DNA of 64,000 nucleotides from Octopus vulgaris. Taxonomy: Eukaryota. The DNA lies in contig OX597830.1 in NCBI GenBank assembly GCA_951406725.2, positions 43,400,001 to 43,464,000 on the forward strand, in the 5' to 3' direction. Positions 52,575 to 64,000 of this stretch are shown here, piece by piece. The position numbers were made by a program, and so were the translations under genes. Each line of letters starts with the position of its first letter. The stretch's first letter is position 1. The notes under the pieces were generated by a model. It saw only the letters and a list, made by a program, of their open reading frames with translations. It ran no database searches and was not told the origin of the DNA.

Positions 52575-54240
52575 TTAAAAACAAAATTGAGCTTCTGATA
52601 TTTATACTTGCATATTTCCATGTTATATTGGGACATTGTTACATTCGAACACGCGACTACCAACTCACTAAAAATGTTAAAGATATATGAAAGGCAATGT
52701 CTATATTTGGAAAGGTACACTCAATAATGTCTATTTAAGCAAGTTTAATGTGATTTTTTTTTTTGTGCTGTAAACCATTCGCCATTTCTGTGGTGCCCCA
52801 CCACCACCATCTTGCCTTGATGCTCTAAGCTCATGCTTATTGGGCTTTAATGGTTCGTCCAGTACTGCTTCCATAACAACAGGACAGAAACAATAGAAAC
52901 AGAATGCTAAAAGTTCAGAGTGCTGTTCCAAGCTCCAATGTCTGTTGTGGCATGGTTTGGATGCCGTTCCTAATGCCAACCACTTTACATAGTGTACTGG
53001 TTGCTTTTCTATGTGGCACCAGCACTAGTGAAGTCACCATGTTGCTTGTAAGACAACTTTCTTGATGGAAGTGGCTTATTCCAGGTGTTGAGAGGCGAGT
53101 ATATGATAAAAGGATAGGAACAAGGCTCTTGCAAGATAGGAGATATGTGGCTAACCCAACCAGTGGTGTCGGTGGTGGTGTGATGTCAGGATGTATTGTT
53201 AAAGTACAAGGAGGTGGTTGTGATGGGGTGGTCACAGCGGAACAGGTAATCAGCTAAGTTCACAAGAGTGTAAGGTGAGCAACAGATCTCGAGAGGTAGG
53301 GGTATAGGAGATGCAGTGAAGATCAAACAGAGGGAGGAGAGAATGGTCAGTGGCAAATATCAGTTTAGTGGAAGGTGAAGGATGTAGGAGTGGGTCAGGA
53401 GGAAGGGAGTAATAAGTGGCAGTACAAAGAAAGTGGTGGGGAGTAGCATTGTAATAAGATTCTGTTGATGAGAAATTAGGCGATGTGAAGGGGGGGGCTA
53501 CAGTGATAGAAGGATGCCAAGTAAATGTAGAGATAGAGAGAGGGTGATGAACCAGGATGAATAAATACCTTTGACTTTGCCACCTTCCCCTTCACCCCCA
53601 TCACCACTATCTTTCACATTCCTTCCTCTCACTGTCATCCCTGACCCCCTTGGCTACCACCACCACCATCATCACCTCTGCCTCTATCAGAACTACTGCT
53701 CATACTATTACTATCACCCTGTTACCATCACAAAAAGGCTGAATGTGTGTTCATGCAGTATGTTGGTTCAGTGTTCAGTCTCTCTGATACCCACACTTTT
53801 TCTCTCTCTCTCTTATTACTCCCACCATCAACACTACTACTTTTAATAAAACATCAACTCTCCCTAAATTTCTTTGTCTCTCTTTCACTCACTCCCTCTC
53901 TCTCTCCGTTTGTCTTTGCCACTGCCCTCACCGTCTCTATGCCTACTATTACTGTCATGAGCAATAGTAGAAGTGTCATTGAATAGTGAGAGAGGGGGAT
54001 GAAAGTGTGACACACCTACACACAGAAATTAGTTTTTGCATTTACTATATTAGATGTATATATATATAGCCATGGCTATATATATCATATTAGACGTATA
54101 TATATTATATATACATGTGTATATATATAGCCAAATTCCAGGTTCAGTCCCACTGCATGGCACCTTGGGCAAGTATCTTCGATCACCCTGGGCTGACCAA
54201 AGCCTTGTGAGTGGATTAGGTAGAGGAAACTGAAAGAAAC

Positions 54241-54290
<50 letters not shown>

Positions 54291-54400
54291 GTTAGGAAGG
54301 GCATCAAACTGTAGAAACTTCCAGATCAAGATTGAAGCCTCAGTCAAATCGTCCAACCCATGCTAGCATGGAAAACAGACATTAAACGATGATGATGATG

Positions 54401-54443
<43 letters not shown>

Positions 54444-54499
54444 ACTGTATTTGTTTTACACTACCATGTAACACAGCTGCTCTCACAAGCATTATACAA

Positions 54500-55401
54500 T
54501 CTCTGAGAGAGAGTCCTTTTGCTGCCAACAGAGGTAGTGGTTCTCTGAACTTCCTCCATTTATTCTTATTCTAGAAACAATACTTTTAGAGCATCCACCA
54601 CCTTTACTAATTTGGTCACCTAAATAGCAGAAACTATCTACTACCTCAAGAGAGCCTCCTGGGCATTTGAGTTTATGTCCCTCGTGCTCTTAGTACATAT
54701 TGTTCCTGTGCATCTGCCACATACAAAAGTGAACTTATCTGATAACCTTCCCATGATTCCACTGCATCTCTTATGTATCCATAGCTTACACTTAGTGCAG
54801 CAAATGGGATTACATCCCACTCCTTTCTTACATATTGAACAGGATCATTTGCCTGCCAGAATGAGTCTTATCTCCATTCTCACTAACAACTTTAGTCTTA
54901 GCTAATCCAGAACTTCTCCAATTCTGCTTCAGATTTTACAATAAGAGCAACATCATGAACATATTGTAGTTCCCATGGGCATCCAGTTTTGAATTCATCT
55001 GTTATGGCCTGGAGAGCCATGATGAATAAGAGTGGACTAAGAACTGAATCCTGATGTACTCCAACTTGTATGTTAAATTCATCACTGTATTCAAGGCCAA
55101 CTCGCACCTTACTGACAGCATTGCTGTACATGGCTTAAACTGCTCTAACAATCCACTCCTCTACTCCTAGCTTCCTCACAGACCACCAGATAAGAGGGCT
55201 GGGAAGCATGTTGAAAGCTTTCTCCACGTCAACAAAGGCTAAGTATAATGGCTTACTTTTGGCCAAATACTTTTCTTGCAACTGTCTCACTATGAAAATG
55301 GCATATGTGGTACTTCTCCTAGGAACAAACCCAAACTGCATCTCATCTAGTTTAATTCTATCCTTAATTAGTTGAGATATAACTCTCTCTGTAATTTTCA
55401 T
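54500..55401 (-). mobile_element. decayed RTE-clade reverse transcriptase fragment with a PHD-like insert
   Basis: QFGFVPRRSTTYAIF...LAFVDVEKAF, GVHQDSVLSPLLF, YVHD (decayed YADD), Cys-rich insert, then EVVDSFCYLG. Confidence 0.85.
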
Positions 55402-55464
55402 ATATGTATGTATATAGTGTATAATTAAAACAAGTTTAACTTTTTAGAATATATAGAGAATAAC

Positions 55465-55470
55465 TTTATT
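55465..55470 (-). terminator. candidate polyadenylation signal of the minus-strand gene
   Basis: AATAAA on the minus strand at the end of an AU-rich unique block (55870-55420), followed by a T-rich downstream element. Confidence 0.35.
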
Positions 55471-56356
55471 CAATGAGTTCATATGTATGAAAAATAAAAA
55501 TATAACAATACATTTTTATAGAATAAATGTTTCTGTATCATAGTTCAACTGAAATTATATAGGTATACTTATTCTTAAGGTAAATTTGGCATATACAATT
55601 TTTATAAACATATATAACAAAAGTGGAAGAGAACAAAGAAAAGTCAGGAGTTACATGTTGCTTTGAGTATTTTGTATAGAAAAAGGTCTTCATATATACA
55701 TATTTGAGTTTCGCAATTAAAAGGGGTCTCTTTGTATTAAAAAAAAGGTTGTATTTAATTACCAGAGTCTGGTTTCACTGATTACAGCTTTACAAAGATA
55801 CATGTAATTTTTCCATATTTTTTTCCTTATTTAAAACTATGTGCCATTTAATGATTAAATAAGCATATATATATATACATACATACATACAGGGTGGGAG
55901 AGAGAAAGAGACAGACAGACAAACAGATAAAGAGATAGGTAGATAGACAGACAGATAAATAGATATTTGGGCTTCTGCACAGTTTCCACTCACAAGGTCA
56001 CATTGCATTAGTCAACTTGAGGGCAATCAAATCTAGAACCAAGTAGTTCCAAATCAGCAATATCTTCACCCATTTGTTGGAGGATTTCAGCATCTTGAAA
56101 ACTAATTCTTGACTTTCTTGCAGTTAAGTGAAGTGAAGGAATGTTATAAACGATTTAGATGGACAATGTGTGTAAGAAGGGCCGCATCACCTCCCACCCT
56201 AAGGATTTTGCTCACGTGGGATTGGTTTCAGTGGGGAAAATAATGACGGATACTTTTTGAATGCACCTTGTCTATTATTCTATACTTTTATTTGCTTCAG
56301 TCATTTGACTGTGGCCATGCTGGAGCACCACCTTTATATACATATACATTTTCTTA

Positions 56357-56563
56357 GTGAAGGCTGGTTTATGGGGTTACCCTGGATTTCCTGTCCATAA
56401 AGGGTTTAACTTTATGGCACATCATCAGACTCCAAGATCTGTTGGCCTAAGACTGCTTTAAAATATTTTAAAGAACTTTTAGAATCAACAGTCTGATGAT
56501 AGCCATAAAGTTAAACCCTTTACGGACGAGAAACCCAGGGTAACCCCATAAACTGGCCTTCAC
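56357..56563. repeat. imperfect inverted repeat, ~73-bp arms
   Basis: GTGAAGGCTGGTTTATGGGGTTACCCTGG...CATCAGACT / AGTCTGATG...CCAGGGTAACCCCATAAACTGGCCTTCAC. Confidence 0.85.
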
Positions 56564-56639
56564 CAGGGAAAAATATAGACTGCTCTACTTAGAGTGTGCT
56601 TCTTCCCTGGATTTGTTTTTCTAAAAACAATATATATAT

Positions 56640-56978
56640 ATTGGGGACCCTCTTCAGTCACGTATGACCAAGGGATTGCACCTAGAAAGTTACTCTCCAA
56701 GGCACAAGTCCAGGCAACGTTGTTTATGGAAAACCAACAGTCGCCCATGCATATCAGCCTCCCTGCTCCACGCCACCGATGTTATCGAAGGGAAAGGCAA
56801 AGGCTAATACAGCTTGGCATCAGTGATGTTGCAACTCATTTCTACAGCTGAGTGAACTGGAGCAACATGAAATAAAGTGTCTTGCTCAAGAACACAATAT
56901 GCAGCTCAGTCCACGATTCAAACCCACAACCTCACAGTCATAAGATTGATGCTCTAACCACTCAGCCATGCACCTTCA
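56640..56978 (-). mobile_element. tRNA-derived SINE (family C-like head, different tail)
   Basis: Minus strand TGAAGGTGCATGGCTGAGTGGTTAGAGC...GTTTGAATC...TTCTTGAGCAAGACACTTT. Confidence 0.75.
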
Positions 56979-57123
56979 CACACACACATTACATATATAT
57001 ATATATATATATATAAAATCAAGGAAGCTTGCAACGAATTTCTAGCTCGGGTCTCTATTGTGAACCTGGATCCTAATGGATTGCCAATTACACCACTTAC
57101 ACAGTGTACCTATTGGTTTAGAT

Positions 57124-57366
57124 CAGGGGTTCCCAACTGGGGGCTATGAGTAAAAAATTGTAATTTGTGGGTCCATATATAAATTTTGTTTATAAGGGGA
57201 GGTACCTGTATTTGAAATTTTCAAGATTTACATTTGGAATTTATGTTATGAATATAACAAAATTGTTTCTTTGTTAGTTTTTATGAACCTACAAACAAAT
57301 ATTTTATTTCAAAAATTTACATGTGCATATAAGGGGTCCACAAGCAAAATAGTGTTGGAACCTCTG
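57124..57366. mobile_element. hAT-type MITE
   Basis: TIRs CAGGGGTTCCCAAC / GTTGGAACCTCTG; 8-bp TSD GTTTAGA(T/C). Confidence 0.85.
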
Positions 57367-57415
57367 GTTTAGACCATCAGTGGCCTAAACCCTTCCTATT
57401 CCATATATATATATG

Positions 57416-57593
57416 TAAAGACAAGAAAATGGAAAAATAAGTAACAATGAGAAGTGGATCTTTGGTGTTATAAAGACATTATTTAAGATGAGAGTTACTC
57501 TAACATAATCTCATCTTAATTAAATAATGGCTTTATAACACCAAAGATCCACTTCTCATTGTTACTTATTTCTGCATTTTCTTATCGTCTTTA
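57416..57593. repeat. imperfect hairpin, ~80-bp arms, 15-nt loop
   Basis: AAATAAGTAACAATGAGAAGTGGATCTTTGGTGTTATAAAG is exactly inverted at ~57531-57571. Confidence 0.9.
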
Positions 57594-58556
57594 TATACAT
57601 TAAACTACAGTTTACCTCTTAAATTACCTACTACTGTATACCTTATAACAAGTACCAAACATACTGAGATAATTACCAGGAGTACCTTTGGATACATCTA
57701 TCCCTTAGATGGTTTTAATTACCTCTAACTTATATTATATATATATATGGCAATGGTAATGTTTGAGAAATTGAAATAGCAAAATAGCAGATATTAAATA
57801 TCTGTGAGTATAATGGTCTCTGTTAGAAAGTTACAATAATATATATGTGTGTATGTATTTTAAATGACACAGGCAAGGGACACTTACATTCAAAACTCTG
57901 AGTTTCTTGATAACAATTTACGCAAAACATGTTATTGTTGTTTTGTTGTTGAAGTGTGTGTGTGTGTGTGTGTGTGTGTGCAATTGCCTATCTGTATTCA
58001 TATTCTTGTGTATGTACATATGTGAGAGATAGAGAGACAGACAGAGTGGGAAGTGATTAGTGAGACAGGGATACAAATGCTGTTCATCAGATCAATGTAA
58101 TGCTTCAGAAAATATGTAAAAACTTTAAAAAAAAACAAGATATAAAGAAAATATATACGAATAAAAAATATACATTTATAAAAAAAAAAAAAAAGAAAGA
58201 AAGGAACTGCATTTAATGCTGCAACAAGCTTAATGTTGAGTTTGAATGGAACTGGAAATATTTCTCAAGGTTGGAGAAATTAAAACATTTTGTGGAAGAC
58301 AGTTCAAGGGAATGTTTAATGTGACTATTCTGATTGCAAAATAGGATAAAGGGATCACATGTGAGCAGCAGCAGTATTTTCTCTTTTTCTTTTCTTTTTT
58401 TTTTTGTTATGTTTTGTTTTGTTGGAGTAGGAAGGGGGTCTGAGATTGGCAAATGGAAGAAAAGAAATTGTTTTTTTTTAGATTGGAAATATGAAGTGAT
58501 CTCAAAGACACCCAAGAGCCAGATAAGTGGCAGCATTAAATTTGATGCTAGTTTAA

Positions 58557-58783
58557 CCCTTGTAGCATTTGGATTGCTCTCTCAAATATAGCACCTGTTT
58601 ATTCACATCATCATCATATTGTTTTGAATTAATCATGCATTATCTCTAATCTTTGAGATATCAATGATGTGATCATTTATATTTAGAAGGACATAGTAAA
58701 TGTGAGCGGACAGACCCGGCCGGTGGAACATTAAATGCGTAGAATTATTTGGGCTGGATTTGGCCATTTTAAATGCTAATGGG
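58557..58783. mobile_element. piggyBac-type MITE in the putative 3'UTR
   Basis: TTAA|CCCTTGTAGCATTT ... AAATGCTAATGGG|TTAA; shorter relative at 62534-62683. Confidence 0.8.
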
Positions 58784-58933
58784 TTAAATCTATCACCCAA
58801 AGATAGGAATGATCACTTTGAGATTCAAGAGGTTTCCACATAAAGAGCCATCAACCAAATTTCATTCTCAAGATTTTTATGAACTTGATGCCAGGATTAA
58901 AAATGTTTGCCCAAGGTGTCGCAGAAGCTACAG

Positions 58934-59071
58934 CTACATGTGATTAACAGGAACTTCAGGCCTTCGAGGTGGTGGTCGTCTTTGAGGAACAGGTGTAATT
59001 GGGGCATCAACAGTTGTAGTACTGTCATTTTGTGGTAGATCCGCATGCCAATGCTCTCCTTTAAGTGCAGC
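58934..59071 (-). CDS. terminal coding exon of an unidentified gene (Pro/Arg-rich C-terminus)
   Basis: Acceptor TTCCAATTCTTATTGCAG|, phase 0: AALKGEHWHADLPQNDSTTTVDAPITPVPQRRPPPRRPEVPVNHM*; unique sequence, GC-richer than flanks; one alternative frame is also open. Confidence 0.65.
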   Translation of the reverse strand, partial: AALKGEHWHADLPQNDSTTTVDAPITPVPQRRPPPRRPEVPVNHM

Positions 59072-59135
59072 CTGCAATAAGAATTGGAAATTAATTAATA
59101 GAAATAGAAATCCAAATTCAAAATCAGGATATTAA

Positions 59136-59604
59136 CCCTTTCATTACTGTATTTATTTTGAGATGCTCTGTGTTTCTTTCAATTTTAAATATAACAAAGA
59201 ATTTAGTAAAATAACTTGGTTATCATTAAGCTAGTGTTAGGAAAATAAATTGTGGCAAAGGTTTGGTGGAAGATTTTAATTCAGATCTTTTGAAACGAGA
59301 CATTTGTACTATAGAGTCAGAAGTGATTTCAGCCAGGTTGATATCAGAAGGGTTAAGAATTGATTCTCTATTATATATTTTAACCCTTTTCTTACCATAT
59401 TTCTGTTGAGATGCTCTGTGTTTCTTTCAATTACTTTAAATATAATAAAGAATTTAGTAAAATAACTTAGTTATCATTAAGCTAGTGTTAGGAACATAAA
59501 TTGTGACTAAGGTTTGGTGGAAGATTTTAATTTAAAACTTATTAAAACAAGACATTTGTACTACAGAGCCAGAAGTGGTTTCAGCCAGGTTGGTAATGAA
59601 AGGG
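59136..59604. mobile_element. two tandem copies of a piggyBac-type MITE (59136-59352, 59384-59604)
   Basis: Each is TTAA|CCCTTT...AAGGG|TTAA with near-identical interiors. Confidence 0.9.
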
Positions 59605-60091
59605 TTAATCTTCTGTTTTAATTATCCCCCACCACTGAGTATTTTGTGCACTTCTTCCCCTATGGTCAATCTTTTATCTTTTACTTGTTTCAGTCATTAG
59701 GCTGTGACCATGCTGGAGCACTACTTTCAAGAAATCTTGTCACTGTGAGTTTGCCAGAGAATTACATTACATTACATTAAAGACACATACGTCTGTGGAG
59801 TACTCAGCCACCTATGTTCTAATTCAATTGGTTCAACAACTGAGCACTCACTGTCAAAACTGACAGATACCCACTTACTTTGATTATTGAAGGAAGTAAT
59901 TCTTTCAAATTTCAGCACAAGGCCTGCAATTTTCAAAGAGACAGGGCAAGTTGATTACATCGACCCCTCTACCTGAAAACTACTTTATTCTAGTGGCTAT
60001 GAAAGAGTAAAAGGCAATGCTGGCCTCGGCTGAATTTGATCTCAGAAAAATAAAAAGCCTAAAGAAAGGCTGCTGAGCACTCTTTCCCATT

Positions 60092-60804
60092 CATCATCAT
60101 CATCATCATCATCGTTTAACGTCCGTTCTCCATGCTAGCATGGGTTGGACGGTTCGACCGGGGATCTGGGAAGCCAGAAGGCTGCACCAGGCTCCAGTCT
60201 TATCTGGCAATGTTTCTACAGCTGGATGCCCTTCCTAACGCCAACCACTCCGTGAGTGTAGTAGGTGCTTTTTACGTGCCACCGGCACAGGTGCCAGGCG
60301 AGGCTGGCAACGGCCACGGTCGGATTGGTGTATTTTACGTGCCACCGGCACGGAAGCCAGTCGAGGCGGCGCTGGCATCGGCCACGAGTCGGATAGTGCT
60401 TTTTACGTACCACCAGACCAGGGATCCTGGCTGGTTCAATTCGATTTCGCTTGCCCCAACATGTCTTTGCAAGCAAAGGGGGTTGGCATGGGTGCCTGTC
60501 GTCGGATGAGGTTCTATATCGACTTCACTTGCCTCAACAGGTCTTTGTGTCCAAGGGAGGAAAGGCATGCATAAGTGGGCTGGGCTCACTTGTCCTGCCT
60601 GGTCTTCTCACGTACAGCATATTTCCAAAGGTCTCAGTCGCTAGTCATTTCCTCAGTGAGGCCTAAAGTTCGAAGGTCGTGCTTCACCTTCGAACTTTAG
60701 GCCTCACTGAGGAAATGACCAGCGACCGAGACCTTTGGAAATATGCTGTACGTGAGAAGACCAGGCAGGACAAGTGAGCCCAGCCCACTTATGCATGCCT
60801 TTCC
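60092..60804 (-). mobile_element. 5'-truncated RTE insertion with a 119-bp fold-back, nested in a SINE A
   Basis: (GAT)n tail; C-terminal peptide DLRTLGLTEEMTSDRDLWKYAVREKTRQDK*; SINE A sequence continues on both sides. Confidence 0.85.
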
Positions 60805-60870
60805 ATTGTGCTAACAATTTTGCCAGCTTGCCACTTAATTATACGAGTAAATAATTTTTAAAATGCTACT

Positions 60871-61072
60871 TACGAGGGGGTGCTGAAAAGTTCCTGGCTT
60901 TAAGGGTATCACGAAAGGCCTGGTTGGAGGCCCAACCTTCCAAGTTCCTTTACAAGGCTTATGAAAAGGACCAGCTGCAATAAGTGTGTGAATCTAAGAG
61001 GGGAATATGTTGAATAAAATCCTCCTGTATTTTCTTTTTTCCAAAGCCAGGAATTTTTCAGCCCCACTCATA
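60871..61072. mobile_element. mariner-type MITE
   Basis: TA|CGAGGGGGTGCTGAAAAGTTCCTGGCTT ... AAGCCAGGAATTTTTCAGCCCCACTCA|TA. Confidence 0.85.
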
Positions 61073-62707
61073 TTTGACATGTTACAGGTTTAATTATGGC
61101 AGGTGGGTCAGTATTTGAATATCAAGAATATAAAATAAAAGACACTGACTAAGAACTCAGACAAAATATGGATGTAAAAATGAATGTGCTTTACTAACCA
61201 CAAAATAAAGTGCGCTTGTGAACAGAAGGCAAAGTCCACCAAGGAATGTTGGTAAAATAAATACAAGTGGAACACACATTCTATAAAAAGGAATTTAAAA
61301 AGAAAGAAAAGAAAATTAGCAAGAAAAATTATTATTACAAAATTTAATAATCAATAAATACATTTTTACTAATCTGTATTACCTGTTGTTTAATCTGAGG
61401 TTAGTTTGGTCTAGCTTTCCAGCCGTGACCATCACCTCTTTTTTTCTCTTAAGACTTCCTGCTATTGAGCTCTCACAAAAGTCTCTTACCACCTTATTCT
61501 GTGAAGCCCAGCATTCTCCAGATTGCTTTTACTACAGATTATTGTGTTGTATGTGATATGTAAGCAATTTAGTGAGAGTGGTCAGTGGTTTAAAGTATGA
61601 AAGTGTTTGTGGAAAAGTCCAGTAAATGTGCTTTTGAGAAGCATGTGTAAACGAATATCAGAAGGCAGCTTTTCAACAAAACTTTGTAATTTTATTCAAA
61701 TAGTAATGAGAGCTGAAAAGTGATGAGTGAAGCGGACGTATGTGTAAGAGTCGGAGAAAAGCGTTTAAACTTATGACTGTATAAATGATTTGGTTGTAAG
61801 CTATTAAAAGCTAGCAGAGATGAAGGTAGCTTAGACTGATATAAGCTACTCATGATATAGGTGGAGCTGTGTTGATATAGACTAACTGAATAGGTACTTG
61901 CAAGGCGAAGTTGACAAAAACGAAATAGGATGTCAATAATGTGGTCAGCGTGAAAGCTTAATATGATTCAGATGCTTGCAGCGTTAAGTTGGTGAGAAAG
62001 ACAAAAAGACAGGTCTCGTCTTTGGAGAATCGATGTGGTTCATTTCATGTTCTTCTACTGACTGTTTAAAAACGCATGCTCATCTATAGAGCAGATAACT
62101 GCTTTACGTATTAATACGTGCCCAGCTCTGATTCTTTTCTACACCAGGCACAAAGGCCCAAAATTTTGGGGGAAGGGGATCAGTCGATTAGATCAATCCC
62201 GAAAGGATGAAAGGCAAAGTCGACCTCACCAGAATTTGAACTCAGAACATAAAGCCAGAAGAAATACTGCTAAGCATTTTGCCCGCCATGCTAACGTTTC
62301 TGCCAGCTCTGATTGTCTGAAGTATGCCATAGCGCAACTGTGCTATGCCGCAACAACCAAAATAGCTTTCCTGACTTCTACAAATGTGCTTCGATTTGCT
62401 TCTCTACAGTCCATACTTTTCACTTATCAATTCATGGCACCTTTCTATAGTCATACATCATCATTTAATTGCAACACTTGTACAAATAGTAGATGTCTAT
62501 ATCTACATTATTCAAACTCAAAGACTTCTTTAACCCTTTAGCATTCAGATTAGGGTTAAGGTTAATGTATTGCTCATTTATTCACATTGTTTTGAATTAA
62601 TCAAGTATTTCGAGGTGTGAGAGGCTAGATATGGCCAGTTTGAACATATTCGACTGAATATGGCTGGTTTAAATGCTAAAGGGTGAAAAGAGAAATAAGC
62701 AGAAAAT

Positions 62708-63100
62708 TCTTTTCTACTCTAGGCACAAGGCCCGAAATTTTAGGGGAAGGGGCCAGTTGATTAGATAGTATGCAACTGGTACTTAATTTATCGACCCTTG
62801 CAAGGATGAAAGGCAAAGTCGACTTCGGCGGAATTTGAACTCAGAATGTAAAGACAGATGACATATCTATTTCTTTACTACCCATAAGGGGCTAAACACA
62901 GGAGGGACAAACAAGGACAGACAAACGGATTAAGTCAATTACATCGACCCCAGTGCGTAACTGGTACTTAATTTATTGGCCCCGAAAGGATGAAAGGCAA
63001 AGTCAACCTCAGCGGAATTTGAACTCAGAACATAATGGCAGACGAAATACCGCTAAGCATTTCACCCAGCGTGCTAACAATTCTGCCAGCTCGCCGCCTT
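62708..63100 (-). mobile_element. SINE family A dimer with TSD
   Basis: AAATAAGCA(G/A)AAAATT on both sides. Confidence 0.85.
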
Positions 63101-63492
63101 AAAATAAGCAAAAAATTGACTGAATAGAATGCCTTGTGATATCTGCTCCAGCTCTCTGTGTTCTGAATATTCCAAGATCAAATCCTGCCAAAGCCAGCTC
63201 TTCTTTATATCCTCCCAGGGTCAATGAATAAAGTATCAATCAAGTACTAAGACCAATTCTTCTCTCTCTCTCTCAGAAAATGGCCAACTTGTGCCATGAT
63301 AAGCATCATGAGGAACCATTCACAGTGTCTCTTCCTCTTGAAATGAAATAGGTTGAGCAAGCGACTAGCAAACACTTCTCATTGAAAAACTGATATTCTA
63401 CTCAGATCATGAAGTGAAGAACTGATTTGCAGAACAACACAAAAGATAAACTTTAAAAAAGGAAGCAAACAAGAAATGGTTGGTACACTTAC

Positions 63493-63576
63493 AAGAAATA
63501 GAGGACAAACCGAAAATAATATATTCTTGCAATCGGACCAAATAGGTTGACAAAAACTGTAAATGGAAACTGGCAC
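63493..63576 (-). CDS. internal 84-nt coding exon, probably penultimate exon of the same gene
   Basis: Strong acceptor TTCTTTCCATTTTCAG| and consensus donor |GTAAGT; phase 0 gives VPVSIYSFCQPIWSDCKNILFSVCPLFL, in frame with the terminal exon; all three frames are open, so the frame is inferred. Confidence 0.65.
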
Positions 63577-64000
63577 CTGAAAATGGAAAGAATTTCAGTA
63601 TATTTGGAGTAGCTCTATCATCAAGTGACTGGAAGATTTAATACAGCATATTTATTTTATTAATAATAAATTATAAATTTTATGTAAATTTTGATTATTA
63701 TTACATGCTGCCACCACGTAAAAGGCAGCCCGTATACTAGGTGGTTGGCATTAGGAAGGCCACCCAGCCATAGAAACCATGCCGAAACAGACAGCTGGCG
63801 CCTGGTGCAGTCTACCACTGAATTGAAGATAGTGAATTAGCTTTGGCACCTCCCGCCTAGATGTTTGTAACAGTGTAAACCCTATTGAAAGTAATCAAGA
63901 ACCAGTAGGCAGAGGTATGTCTTAAGATTAGCAGAGCATCTACAACATGTGGACTAGTTTGCTTATTAATTTTATATCCATTTCACCGTCCTCAGTTAAC

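Noticed and set aside
56490-56540. CTGATGA...GAAAC hammerhead-like words (also at 38775 and 15981)
   Set aside because: No stem II/III pairing in the required register

Overview
AT-rich eukaryotic DNA, very dense in repeats. The SINE families and microsatellite load look like a coleoid cephalopod (Octopus-like); this is recognition of the repeats, not a database result. Most of the window is transposon debris: three tRNA-derived SINE families (one forming head-to-tail multimers), decayed CR1/L2-, RTE-, Tx1/L1- and R4/Dong-type LINE pieces, piggyBac-, hAT-, Tc1/mariner- and Helitron-type non-autonomous elements, putative solo LTRs, and mini/microsatellites. Almost all ORFs in the supplied track are microsatellite or SINE artefacts. 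Host-gene signal is limited to the last two coding exons of an unidentified minus-strand gene (63576-63493, 59071-58934) with a probable long 3'UTR, plus an orphan CpG-rich promoter-like island near 32.7 kb. The most notable observations are: (i) minimal type I hammerhead ribozyme motifs (39562-39604, 40169-40214, plus degenerate copies), one inside a ~305-bp-period retrozyme/Penelope-like unit; (ii) several long fold-back palindromes, two built from LINE ends and three inside the putative transcript; (iii) a PHD-like finger inside an RTE reverse transcriptase; (iv) a (TAA)n-targeting R4/Dong-like element with a probable non-autonomous partner. Repeat boundaries were read by eye and are approximate unless a TSD/TIR is cited.
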